A stretch of 60,873 bases of DNA, the filler included. It is 12 parts of 12 records of this genome, joined end to end, with 100 filler letters (N's around TTAATTAATTAA, not from the genome) between each part and the next. Parts side by side here need not be neighbours in the genome. Positions count along the whole stretch, not along the records: positions 36,561 to 40,408 come from SRR15195285_3947; positions 40,509 to 50,601 come from SRR15195285_3950; 10 more parts are not named here. One strand, given 5' to 3'. The notes beneath the pieces were generated by a model, which worked only from the letters and a program-made list of their open reading frames with translations, was not told the origin of the DNA and searched no databases. The position numbers and the translations under genes are program-made. This document shows positions 36,561 through 49,600 of the stretch, in pieces. The number at the start of each line of letters is the position of its first letter. The first letter of the stretch is position 1.

Positions 36561-39500
36561 GTGAGGGTGAGGGTGAGGGTGAGGGTGAGGCCCCCTGGCC
36601 TGTTCGTGAGCGCTTTCTCGTCGAGGAGGCCTCAGAGGGGCGCCATGTGAGCCGGGCGCAAAGCCTGGCTTTGCTGCTTTCTGGTGCGAGAGGCAGGCGC
36701 CTGCTGCTACGAGAGGCGAGAGGAGAGGAGGGTAGCATCGATAGTAGGGTCCCTTGGGGGACTGAAGAGGCAGGGCGGGGCGTCCGACGGCTGCTGAAGG
36801 CTGCGGCGGCGGATACGCATCGCTGTGCTGCACTAGAGCGACTGCTCCGGCGTGCACGCGCTGGTAGGAGTGCTGCTATGGTGGAGGGAGGGCTGAGCCG
36901 AGCGATGCGAGCGAAGGTTGCACAGGGTGAGACGCAAGAACAGCTTTTCCCGCAGCGCAGCAGCAGCTCAGCCTCTTGACCTGTGCGCGCGCGCTGCATG
37001 TGCTCCGGTCCCTCTACATAGGTAGCTCAGCCTCCGCTGGATCTCCAGTGGTATCTCTGGCCCCTCTGGCATCAGCCGTTGCGCAGTCGTCTGAGCACGG
37101 AGAATTGTTCTTGTCAGCACAGTGCCTCATACAGCGTGCGGTTGGGCTCGGGCAGGTCTGAGGGAGCTGAAGGCGCTGGGCTGCGCGTGGCCTTTCCTGG
37201 ACCCCGTTCCGGTGGATCAGGTACCAGGCTACGCGGAGGCGATCGCGGTGCCGATGGACCTGCCCGAGGTGACTGCTCTGCTCAAGCCCAGTGGGCCTCG
37301 CCAGTCGCCTAACAGCCGTCGCTGCTGTGCACTGAGGAGCTAGCTGTAGGCGATCGGCTGCGCTGATTCGCCGGGGTTCTCATGATCGTGTCACTCATCT
37401 TGTTGTAATCTGAGCGAGAGCCTTGTGCTGGCTCGGCGCAGGTACAGCGCAAGCTGGACAGCGACGCCTACGCGACAGTCGACGCCTTCGCCGCAGACCT
37501 CGAGCTCATCTCTGCCAACTGCCTGCGCTTCAACAGCGGCGTGGAAGATGCGGAGGACTTCGTAGAGTGCGCGCACGCTTTCCGAAAGCACGTGTCTATA
37601 CAGCTTGCCATCATTAGGGGCGAGAAGCCGGAGCTGGAGCTTGCGGTGACAGCAGTCCCGCCGAAGGCCACGGCTATGATAAAGAAAGTTGCGCTAGTTG
37701 TCGCTCACGAGGCCGCTCGCGACAGGCTTTCACTCCAGCAGCCGGGCCCGAAGAGGCGCGGCAGACCGCCGAAGGCCGAGACTGTCCTGTTGAAAGCGCG
37801 GATGAACGCAGCTGTTGCTGCTGTTTTGGACTGCCGCGACGGCAGGCGGAAGCGGGCTAGCATGTTTCTGGAGCTTCCGGAGCGGGAGATCAACCCCGAG
37901 TACTACGCGATGATCACGACCCCAATCGATCTCAACACTATCCGAGCGAAGGTTGCAGACGGGAGGTACAAGCGCTGGGCTGCATTTGAGGCCGATATGA
38001 TGACGCTCTTCGCCAACGCAAAGCTGTTCAATGACCCCCGATCAGTGATTTTTAGCGACGCGGAAGTCATGCAACATCTGTTTGAACAGCTGCCAGAGGT
38101 GCCGCTGCAGCTTCCCAAGGCGTACGAAACTGCCAGACACAGCGGGGCAGGCAGCGAGTCAGATTCGGATTCAGACTCAGAACAAGTTTCCGAGGCGAGC
38201 TCCGACGACCCTTTCGAACACCTCGTAAGATCGCAGACGAAGCGAAAACGCAGTAAGCAGAAACGAGGGCACAAGCCAAAACAGCGACAGAAGAAAAAGC
38301 GGAAGGTATCTAGAGGAGCTCATAAGGTCAAGGGTAAGTCTGCGTGCGGACGCAAAGTTCTGGACGACGCCGTTGACTCTGGACTCTCCGAGGCATCTGA
38401 AGACGAATCAGATGAAGAAACTGTGGCCGCATTGAAGCAGAAGCTGAGTGGTACAGCCGAAGTGATCGCCCAACTGAGGGTTGGGCAACAAGTCAACGTG
38501 TCCGATACAGGCGTGCATGCAGCCCAGGTTCTCGCTCTAGATGAAGAGGGAATGCGTGTGAAGGTGCATTTCAGCGGCTGGAACTCACGGTTTGACAATT
38601 GGTATCCGGCCAACAGGGCGATCATCAAGGTGCCAAAGACAGGGGAGGAGTACTCTGCCGCTTACACCGGTAGGGGCGGCAGAGGAAGAGGAAGAGGAAG
38701 AGGAAGAGGCAGAGGAAGAAGCAGAGGCAGCCCAGCGCTGACCTCGCCAGCAGCAGTTGGAGGCAGCGCCGATGGAGAGCCAGAGAACTTGCAAGGTGAC
38801 CAACGGGCCAAGCGGGCCCGCGTACAGCCGGACAGACTGGTACCATCAATGGCAAAAGCTTCGCTGTCAGAAACAAAAGAGCGTCCAGCTGAACAAGAAG
38901 AAGAGACTGCTGCCGGATTTAGTGAGGTCACTGTCCATCGACTGTCAGTTGGGCTTGACGCATTGCGTCCGCGCGTTCTCAAAATGCCCGGGATGTGGCT
39001 CTCTTTGCACGTTGCTGGGGGTACCGATACCGACAAACCTGCTCTCATGGCCTTCAAAGACGTTGTCAACGACCAGTTGCCTCATCTCAGAGCTGGCAGC
39101 CATCTCCACTACCTGATCTTCTCCAAGCATACGTCGACATTGTTGCTTACGGAGGGCGAAGGGAAAGACGCGGTTGTGGCGGGCGGTGGCACTTTTCGCA
39201 TGCTGCGATCCAAGGAAGGTACGATGGCAATTGAGGTGCTCGTCCTCGCTGTAAGCGCGAGCGCACAGGGGCAAGGCCATGGTACCCGCATTGTCAATGG
39301 CATGAAAGCGCTGGCATTAGCCGAGGCTGACCGTTCCACGCCCGCCAAAAGTCTGTCAACTCGTGGCCGAGGCGCTTGCGGCTGTCTGATGGTAACGCAG
39401 GCAGATGCTGGAGCATCAACTGTACGCTTTTGGCGTCGGCAGCGCTTGGAGACTGGTGCTAAGGCTGACCAAGTAGTGATACAGTCGCAGCACTGTGGGA

Positions 39501-40408
39501 AGCACGGCGGGACCTTCGTGGTGTACGAGAACACAGTTAATATGGTGGTGGTGCTCGACTTAGAGAGTGTGTACGTGCGGCCAAAGTGGAAAAAATGGAC
39601 CAGTGGTGCTACCGCAGCTGATGATGCCGCAACTGTGATGCCTTCGACTAAAGGGGAAGCGTCGAGCCAGAGTTTGGTCACAAAAGCTGAGGCACATGCA
39701 GACCTCAGCGCTACAAGGCCACTGTCTGCTGCGACTGAGGTTTCGAGGGTCGCATCAGGCGGTGAACCTCGTACTTGTGATACGGACTCACAAGCAGACG
39801 TCGAGAGAGAGCACTCGCTAGGACCCATAGCCTCATGCAGGAAGGAACCACCACGATCACTGTTACCAACGGCAAGTGCTGCAATATTGCAAGAGCCAAC
39901 ATACGCCGAAGTGGTAGCAGCTGAGAGTGGATCGCCATCACTGTCCCTGGGATCGGCCACGATGTGCTCGTCTGAAGGTCACACCGTACCTGCTGCACTG
40001 GCACCTGCACCTGCTGCGTCTGCATCTGCACCTGCTTTGCTGGTGCCAGCATCTGCTGCACCAGCTGCCCCGACACCTGCTGAGCTAGCGCTGGAACCTG
40101 CTGTATCGGCACCAGCACTTGATGTATCGGGACTGGCACCTGCTGCACCGGCGCTGGCGTCTGCTGCCACGACCTCACAGGCAGTTGCGCCGACACAAAC
40201 AGAGGCAGTGGCAGAAGCAGAGGCAGCAGAAGCAGAAGCACCAGCAGAAGCAGCAGCAGAAGGTCGAACAGGTAAGGAAGAGAGCACCGGTGAAAACAAA
40301 ACACAAACTGCAGCCAAAGCAGACGCCGATGATAATGTCGTTACCCTACCCACTGATGACACGAAGGCGGTGCATCCAGGACTGCACGTCGTGCACCAAC
40401 CAGCGGAA
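36561..40408 (+). CDS. Two bromodomains + AT-hook + Tudor-knot/chromo-barrel + GCN5-type acetyltransferase; truncated
   Basis: Bromo1 AWPFLDPVPVDQVPGYAEAIAVPMDLPE|VQRKL...ANCLRFN; AT-hook KRRGRPPK; bromo2 MFLELP...PEYYAMITTPIDL...NAKLFN; AQVL...VKVHFSGWNSRFDNW; GNAT QLPHL...GGGTFR...IEVLVLAVSASAQGQGHGTRIV...TQAD...FWRRQ. 5' exon(s) before 37156 uncertain. Confidence 0.82.
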
Positions 40409-40699
40409 NNNNNNNNNNNNNNNNNNNNNNNNNNNNNNNNNNNNNNNNNNNNTTAATTAATTAANNNNNNNNNNNNNNNNNNNNNNNNNNNNNNNNNNNN
40501 NNNNNNNNCTCACGCGCACCATTTTTTTGGCACTGGTACACACGGGCGGGGAGGGATCCCATTGTGAGAACGCGCCTGCGAAGTGCTACTAGTAGCAGGC
40601 GATCTTGCTAGCAACAGGAGCAGTGCCGCGTGCAGAACTCAACGCGGTCGCAAGGAAAGCCACAAACTTGAAACGATCGGCTCCTGTGTGGACTCAGCG

Positions 40700-43600
40700 A
40701 TGACGAAAGCCTGGGCTTGGCTCCTCTGCACCTGCACCGCGTCCTGCATCGTGCCGAGCGCGACAGCGCAGCAAGATCTGTCACTAGTCGGTGCTGTGGC
40801 AGATGACGACGCGGGATGCTCGCTCGGCTACTACGACCATGACGAGGACGCCTCCACCGCCTGCCTTGCCTGTCCAGTTGGCAAGTATTCTCGGAGCCCA
40901 GCCGCGATTAGCCGCCCTGAGCTGGACGCTGGGGCAGGAGAGTTGACCCTGTCCGTGGACAACGGAGACTCGCAAAGGCTCTTCGCAATGGGCGATCCGA
41001 GCAGCAATCCACATCCCGACGGCGGCTGGAATTACGCCACCACCAACTGCAGCTTTGACGCATGTATAGCCGAATGCACATGCGCGGCAGACTGCGAGCA
41101 ACTGGATGGTCTGTGTAACTGGCCACCAATGATCTACGCGCAGCCCGATTTTGCCGGTATGAATGGAATACGGCGTTGTGGGGCCACTAGTCAGTCGACT
41201 GTGACGATGGTGAGCGCCTGCAACCCCTCTTCGTTTAGTTTCGCAGTCAACGCACTCACTATCCGTTGTTATGCCAGGGAGGGGAGCCCGGTAGGGGAAT
41301 TGATGGGCAGTCGCAGAGTTGGAATCCTGCGTTTGGGCCCGAAGGATTTTACATGTCCTCGTCATGCGTGATGACACCAGTCGCGCCCGGAAAGGCATCT
41401 TGGTGGCAGGTCGATCTGGGCGCTAGAGCTTGGATAGAGCGGATCGTACTCGTGCACCAGATCGCCAGATACGATATCAGACAAAATATTCCGCTGTATG
41501 TTTCCGACGTTGATATCGCTAGCCATATTGGAGATGCGAAGGAAGACATCTTTGCTAAGGGCACTCAAGTGGCTGTCTTTTCCGGCGATGACGGTCCGTT
41601 CTAAGGTTCCATTTTGCATCATCTCGACTCGTTAGCTCCCAAAAAAATTTGTTGTACTCACACCATCTGTGGATTGCACAGATATCGAAGTCGTAGATAC
41701 GAACGGAATTCTAGGACGCCATGTATCACTTCGAAGGATGGGTGGTGGCGAGGAATTTAGTATTTCGTTTTGTGAGATCGAGATATATGGTTCGATTGGG
41801 TGCATAGAGTGCCCAAAGGGGAAGTTCGCATCCTCTACAGGTTCCCAGCAATGTGAAACATGTCCAGAGAACACGTTTGCTGGTGTTGGTGCTGCCGAGT
41901 GCTTGCCATGTGTGGCGGGAGAATTTCAAGGCGACCTCGAGTGTTTGGCTTGCGTTCCAGGCCAGTATGACCACGACTCGCAGGCGTCGACTCCGTGCGA
42001 GCTTTGCCCAATCGGACAGTTCTTGACGTCTTCTGGAGTAGCAGGAGACGAAAGTGTGTGCGCTGTGTGCCCACCTGGCAAATCTTCCACTGCCGGTGCG
42101 ATAGAGTGTGCGACATGCAGCCCGGGAGACTACGACCACGACAACGATGGGTCGACACCATGCCTGCCTTGCCCCGCTGGAGCCGTCCGTGTCCCATGTA
42201 CGGATGATTGGTCAGGCGAGTTGCAGGTGGAGCGCATGACTTGTCTGGGCAATTTGCCTGACGGAGAAACCTCACGTGAGGAGGTCATACGCGACCTCGG
42301 GGGATGTTCGGGCACCAATCTCGGTTCACAGTTTTGGAAGCTAGGAAGGATGACCAGCTCTGACATGTGTCCGGTCTCGTGTGGTGCGTGCACAAGCGGG
42401 ACGCCAAGCAACCCAGATGGGTTCGCAAATGCTGACGGCACGGGATCTTGTACCACTTGTCGCGCTGGCACGTACGCGCCAGGTGGCTCAACCGTTTGTG
42501 AACAGTGCCAGCCGGGTACCCACGATCATGACCTAGACGCCTCAACGCCATGTGAACCGTGCCCAGCAAACACATTCTCGAGAGATAGGGAGGCGACTGC
42601 ATGTACACCTTGTCCATCTCACGCTAGCTCGGAGCCTGGAGCGGCATCGTGCTCGTGCTCTACTGGCAGTCCTGTTGTGAATGCTTACGATATCGGAGGG
42701 AGGAGCACAGAACTTGAGTGCGCTACTTGCCCAGCAGGGACTGTGCAATGGTCCGGGCTACGGCTGCAGGAACAATTGGAGTACCTAGCAGGTCTCGATC
42801 CGGCTCCAGCGACCGGGCGCTCCCGCAAAACATGCCAACAACTGTGTGATGAGGATGACCCATGGTGCTTGGGCAAGGAGGAGTCCTTTAATGGTGGACC
42901 AGTTGATGACATCACAGTCTGTGCTTCACGGGAGCCAGGAAACAAGTGCTTCGGTGGATGGGAGAGCTTGGCCGGCAGCGAACCGTATCATGGATTCGAT
43001 CAAGCTGAAACTATATGCTCCGCGATTGGGGCCCGGCTGTGCACAGTGGACGAGATCCGCACAAACGAGGGCAACGCGGCGGGCCACGATGCATGCTTCA
43101 ACAAGCGGCAGACTGGATGGTCCTCAGAGGAATGTCAAGTCGATATCTGCGGCGAGGGAGCTGTAACTACTGGAGGTACCGCGCCCGAGGGAACTCCATG
43201 CGCGTTCCCGTTCATTTTTGACGGTGTTGTTTACAACGAGTGTATGTGGACTGAACGAGAAACAGAGGCTGCAAGCATTTACGACATTCCGTCGATGGAA
43301 GGTCCCGTCTGCCTGACTGGAAATGGTGTGGACGGACAACCTCCTACAGCTAATCTGGATACTGTAGGAGGGTGGTTCACCTGGACCACAGTGAACACAG
43401 AAAACAAAGAGTTGCGGCACGGTGGTGATGCAAGTTGGGACCGATGGAGCCCAGTGGGCGTCAGTTTGCAGGAAAGCAAGTGGCCTCAATGGGGCCACTG
43501 CAATTGCCAAGGGGTCCCTGGCACAACCACGCACACCGGGCACTTCGTCGCCGGCGTAACAGACGAGTCCAGTCGTTGGCATCGCATATGTCCACTGCAC

Positions 43601-46600
43601 TGCGATCCACAGGAAGGAGGCGAAGGCGGAAAGATTTGCAACAGCGTTGATCCTAGCGACAGCGAACTTGGCATGTCTTGGGTGTGTCCAGCAAAGTGCA
43701 TTGATGGCAGCAGCAGCAAGCCGTATGTCCAGTGCTGCGCTGACTCTGAGACTGAAAATACGGCTGCACGATGTGCTGCATTTGCTGCCTGCGCTAATGA
43801 AGACGCGTCCACAGATGGTATGACTGGAGCGTGCTATCAGGCAGCCGTCATCGCCGGCACACCAGCTCTGTCCCACGGGTGCAGAGCGTGCTGGACAGCT
43901 AGAATGACGAACCGTCCCGCAGAACTGTGTGCTGCATGCGTCGCTGACTATGTGGCTGTACATGACGCATGTGTTTCGTCACCACCTGGTTCTGACGCCA
44001 CGCAGCCAGTCTTCGACATCAGCTGTGTGCAGTGCCGGCCTGGGACTTACGATCACGATTTAGACGCATCGACACCTTGTGAGCACTGTCCGGCGGCAAA
44101 ATACTCCGTCAGCTCTGGTGCGACGGAGTGCATTCAGTGTGAACAGGGGCGCTTAGCTCCAGTTGGCTCGACGTCTGCAGACAGTTGTGTCGCCACGCCG
44201 CAGTACATGGGATGCTGGCAAGACCGCGAGTCACTGACCCAGAAACGCGATCTTCCAACTGTACGTAAACGAATGGGAGTGAGGAACATGGGCTGTCGCG
44301 ATCTGGTAAACATGATGGGCTGCGACGCAGATATCAGCGAGGTATCGCCAGGGCTACAGTCCACTGGCAACATTTCTGCAATTTGTCCCGTTACATGCGG
44401 ATCGTGCCCCGAGATTAACTGTACTGACACCGACAACGGTGGATCCTACAGCTGTGAGACACTGATAGACTATTATGACGGTTGCCATGGCGAAATGCCT
44501 AACGCTACCCGTCAGTCTTGTCAGCTGTCCTGCGGACTTTGTCCGACCTGTGAAGATGATCCTGGCGGTATACTGGCTGTGGCAGTCGCGCCATCGACTG
44601 CACTGTGTCGGATGATGTGTACAGGCCATCGCTACATGGGCGTCCAAGGTGCTGACATGTGCTTCTGCTCAGATTCATACGGTCATTACGGCCCCGCGAA
44701 GGCATCGCACTGTGGGGATATGGGCAGCGAGTGTGCGCATGGTGGGGCACGTGAGATGGAATGCGCCCAATCAGTGAAAGTCAGGATAAGCTTTACGAGC
44801 GACCCTTGGCAGGGAGAGGTGCACGCAGTGGCCGAATATGGGTACCATACGGCTCTGCGATCGTGGAATATTGACAATCCACCAGAGAATACAGGTGGAG
44901 TGCCAGTGTCCCAGTCAGGTTGCGGACATCAACTTGCGAGCAGCGGAGATGCCATCGACATGAATTGCCCGATTGCAGTGGCCGGCGAAGAGGTGTGGTC
45001 TCCACTTGTGAATAAGCATCGACATGAAACCGTGTATGATGTTCCTGTGTCCACAGCAGCAGAACACACTCTCTATTTCTGGGGAGCTAAGACTGAAAGC
45101 TTTCTCTCCGGTGGCTGGAACGGTGGTTTTTGGGAAATTCTTGATTCTTGCGGGGGAACGATAGGTGGTGGTCCGACTGATGGCCTGGTCACTGGACCCG
45201 AGTTGGGATCTTTCACATGGTCTACACAGGAGCAATGCTGTGGCGGTTGTGAACTTGCCAATGCCGTTTTTGAGCTTCCTGACTGGAATTCGTCTCAGCA
45301 TGCAGACAATGTACCGAATGACGCCGCAGCCACAAGCGGACAGCACCCAACAATGAGCGATGACGGGAGTTTCGCCACCAAGTCAGTCGTCAGCATTGAG
45401 GCTGCATGTCCTGCCGAGCGAGCAGCTTGCATTGCAGAAGATGGCTGCATAGCCGCGTTCAAATCCGCCATTGCTTCTCCTGACCGGCCTCCACCTGTAG
45501 GTCAAGGTGATGACGATGCAATGGCACTTATTGTCTGCCTGCAACAAGTCGCAAGTCCATCACTAGCACTGATGCGGGGCTGCACCGATCCATTGGCAAC
45601 AAACTACAATCCTGAAGCCATCGATCCAGATCCGAGTGATCCCTGTGTGTATGATTGTGTTGGCCTGTCGAGCAGTAGCAACTTCACAGCAGGTGCAGAT
45701 TGCTTCATACTAGCAGCTGATAGTTCCCCGGCCTTCCCTGCTTCACCATGGTCCACAGCCATTATCGTCCAGGGTCATGGACCCATACAAACCCCCTTGG
45801 GTACGGCCTCTGCAGACTGTCGATACGAATTCATAGCTGGTGAGCACCTGTCATTTGCAGACGCCGAAAAACACTGCGCGCATGGTGGTGGGCATCTGGC
45901 AAGCATCCACACTGAAGCACAAAGCCAAGCAATCTTACGCACGGTGGTTGACGATGCCACGCATGCGTGGATTGGGCTACACGACCGTGTCACTGAGGCT
46001 GGCTGCGACGGAGACGGATTCGTTTGGAGTGATGCCAGTGGACGGGGCCCCGCATCGATGTGGGGTGAAGAAGCGCCCGACGCAATCGGCTGTGTGCCAG
46101 CCTATAGCTGCCAGAAGGACTGCAGCCATGCTTATCCATCTAGCGGTGTGGACCCAACATCTGGCAGGACTGATGCCGACTGCGTGGTGTTCGATATAGG
46201 CGAAGGCACGTGGAAGGATACAAACTGTTACAAAAATGAGGGACTGATCTGTGGATTCCAGTGTCACAACACGAGCGACCCTGCTGCGCGTTGCGATTAC
46301 CAAGCTTACCGAGCAGAGATACCTTGGCGTCAAGCCGAGGACTACTGCATTTCGCTTGGTGGACATCTAGCTACCATTACAAGCACTGAGGATCTCGTCC
46401 AATTGGAAGCGTCAGGAGTGGCAGATAGGAAATACTGGATTGGGCTGAACGACTTGGATTTTGAAATGGGCTGCGATGGAATGGACGGTCGAGGTGGAAT
46501 ACGCCCGGGTTGTGATCCACCCACTGCTGACTGTAAGCGAGATCGCGACACACCTGGTTGGATATGGTCTGATGGTACATTTCTCGGAAATTTCACGGTG

Positions 46601-49600
46601 TGGCGTGGCGATCAGCCGGACTCAGAACACTGTGGAGTTCCAGCACCGAAGTGCTCGACAGACTGCTCTGGCGCTTGTCTCGCTGGCTTGAGCAAAGAAG
46701 ACTGTGTCGAGTTGCATCAGCAGCAATGGGACGACGTCGAGTGCAATGATGAGAAGCCTTTCGTCTGTGGGTACCCGTGTGTCAACGATGTGTCGATGGC
46801 TCAGATGATTCCGATTGAAATTGCGGGGGGCAAACTGGCTACTCGCTACGTACAGTTTCGGACATCTCTCGCAGGACATTCTGCTGCAATCAACGTCTTG
46901 GATACAACACTGCGAGTAGCGTACTGCCAGTTTACCGAACTTTCACAAGTGGCAGTTGGAGCGGGTGCAATTCTCGCGTCCAATTCTCACGTTGCACTAG
47001 AGCACTCAGTTATTGAAGGAAATGCCAACACAGGTCGCGGAGCAGGCGGTGTGTACATCACTAGCAACAGCAGACTGCTGATGACCAATGCTCGAGTCGA
47101 GGCAAACGTCGCAATAGACGAAATGGGGTTGGACGCGACCAACGCGAAATTGGGACTTCCTACTGTTGCACGGGCGGCCGGTCTCGTTGTTGACGACAGT
47201 TCAAGTGCAGAAGTATTCAAGTGTCGGTTTCTGCGAAACCGCGGTGGTTCTGTTGTTGTCGCGAAGTCATCCAATGCTATGCTGCTGAATTCTGTCTTTC
47301 GCGGCAACTTCGGCGGCAGTCGCAGTGGTTCGCACGTTTCCAGTGCCGGTGTCTCTGTATGGCTTGGATCTTCTGTCGCGCTTCACGCGTGCCTTTTCGA
47401 GCGAAATCACGGGGAGACTGCGGCAGATTTGATCGCAGAAGGCGTAGGAACAACAGCTTTGGTGGATCAAACGGCGTTCAAGCTCAGTGCCGCACATGTG
47501 ACCACATCATCTTATGCTGGCGGCGTGCTGCTCGTCGAGGATGGCGCTGCTGCAACGATAGCCAACTCTACGTTCATGTTTGCCCAAGCAAGTGGTCCAA
47601 AGGCTGCCGGTGCACTGTTTGTGTCCGATGCTACCTTGACGGTCACAGACTCAGAGCTCAGGAGCAACAGGCAAGTAGCAGGGACAACTCAAACTTCTGC
47701 TGGTGCAGGAGGCATCTACTCCGAGAACGCAAACGTCGACCTACAGCGAACATCTCTGATTGAAAACATTGCGGCTGAAACCGACTCAACTGCGTTCGCA
47801 GACCAAGTATTTTCGCATCATCCTGTTGCCATCAAGGCTCTGGACGTGCTATATGAGCCTTACATTGAGTCGCAGTCCGCTATGATCCAACCTGGTGCTG
47901 TGCTAGGATCACTACGGGGGTCGTGCAAGGAGGTGGACCCATGTCCAGCCGGCTACTCCTGCACGTATGACCGATATGCACTAACGTGCGAGCCATGCCC
48001 AGGGGCGACCATTAGCGTTGATGGACTATCATGCAGCCCATGCCCTATGGGTACAGGACCGATGACGAACAAGTCGGGATGCCTGACATGTCAAGGCTCA
48101 AATTATAGCGCGTTTGGGGTGTGCCTGCCATGTTCGGAGACCTTGGTCGTCGACCAGGATCACAAAGGGTGCCATGAATGCGGTGTACACCGGACCGCCG
48201 TGGTGGTAGATGGCTCTACCGCCTCAGGCGCGCAACGGTTCTGCGCTTGCGAAGACCGATACATCAACAGTTCGGAGATTCTCCACATATGCTATGCGGA
48301 TGGCTTTGACCTCGATCAGCGGGACAGAGCGATAGCACAGCGCGATATATCCGCTAGCTCCACTGGACAGGAGTGTGAAGCATGTCCTACCGATATCACT
48401 GGCAGTCACTGCCTCATCTGCGAAGGAGGCAAGGCTGTACTTGCAGCAGGCTTCACAATCCCCACACTGGATCAAAGTGGCACACGGCGGCGGCTGAGCG
48501 CAGGGGATGGAACTGTTTCTGTGTTCCGTTGCCACATTGAATTGGAGCTAGCACAGACACGGTGTCCTGCTAATCCGGAAGTACCTGGTACTTGTGCAGC
48601 GGGTTACACCGGTTATCTATGCGATTCGTGCTCAGATGGCTACGGTATGTCGCCGGATCGGGCATGTGAACCATGTTCCGGCGCAGGTTACACCTCCCAG
48701 TCATTGTTAGTCCTCTTGGCAACCCTGGGAGGTGTTGCCTTTGGGACGTGCGTGCTAGGCAAGGTGTGGAAGTCCTTCCCGCTTAAGCATTTAGCACGTT
48801 GCGCGTTTCAGCCAGGGAGGATATTGATCACGTATAGCCAGGTCACTTCACAGCTGGGTGACGTGCTGGACTTCCGATATCCTGGAATCTTTGGGCAGGT
48901 GGTCGAATTTATTAGACCAATCATGGTGAGGCAAATCCTCATCTGTTTTCTCAATGGTTGCAACTACTTGCTGAGGCCTGCGTTCTAACTATGCTTGATG
49001 TCAATTATTGCTGTCCGCAGGATTTATGGGGTGCGACAATTGCTGTCTTCCGACTAGCTGCTGCCAAACAGCTGTGATCTGAGGCTCTGGCGCTTTGGAT
49101 GCTGTGTGCAGGCCTACTGTTCCGTGCTCTTGGACCAAGCGAGTGTTTCGGCGTCAAAGGCTTCCGCGCAAAGTGGCTGCTTCGGGTGGTTGGTCTTCCT
49201 GTCGTTCTAAGCACGGTCGTAGCTCTGATCTACATTCAACAACGGTACTCGAAATCGGTTGGTCCGTCAAAGGCTGCCAAGGGTGCAAAGGCGCAGATGT
49301 TTATGGTAATTTTTTTTGTAAGTAAATTGGAGATCTTAGCCACTGTCCGCAATTGCTCTTCGACGTTTCGCGCTATCTCAGTTGACGTTGTGGGTCTGCT
49401 TATGTGCAGTGCTACCCAACCATTTGCATTGTGTCATTCGCTGCCTTTATCTGCCGACAGCTGACCGAGGATTCCAGTGTTCTTGAGGCCGACGATGCGA
49501 TCGTGTGCGAGGATCCAAGCCACCGAGCTTTGCAGGGTTTCTCAGTGGGGGTCATCGTGATCATTGCCTTCGGTATGCCTGCATTGTTCGGCGCAATCTT

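Noticed and set aside
1-40408. Apparent chromatin gene cluster (ATRX, BAZ-like, SET, GCN5-like)
   Set aside because: Each is on a separate contig; there is no evidence of linkage.
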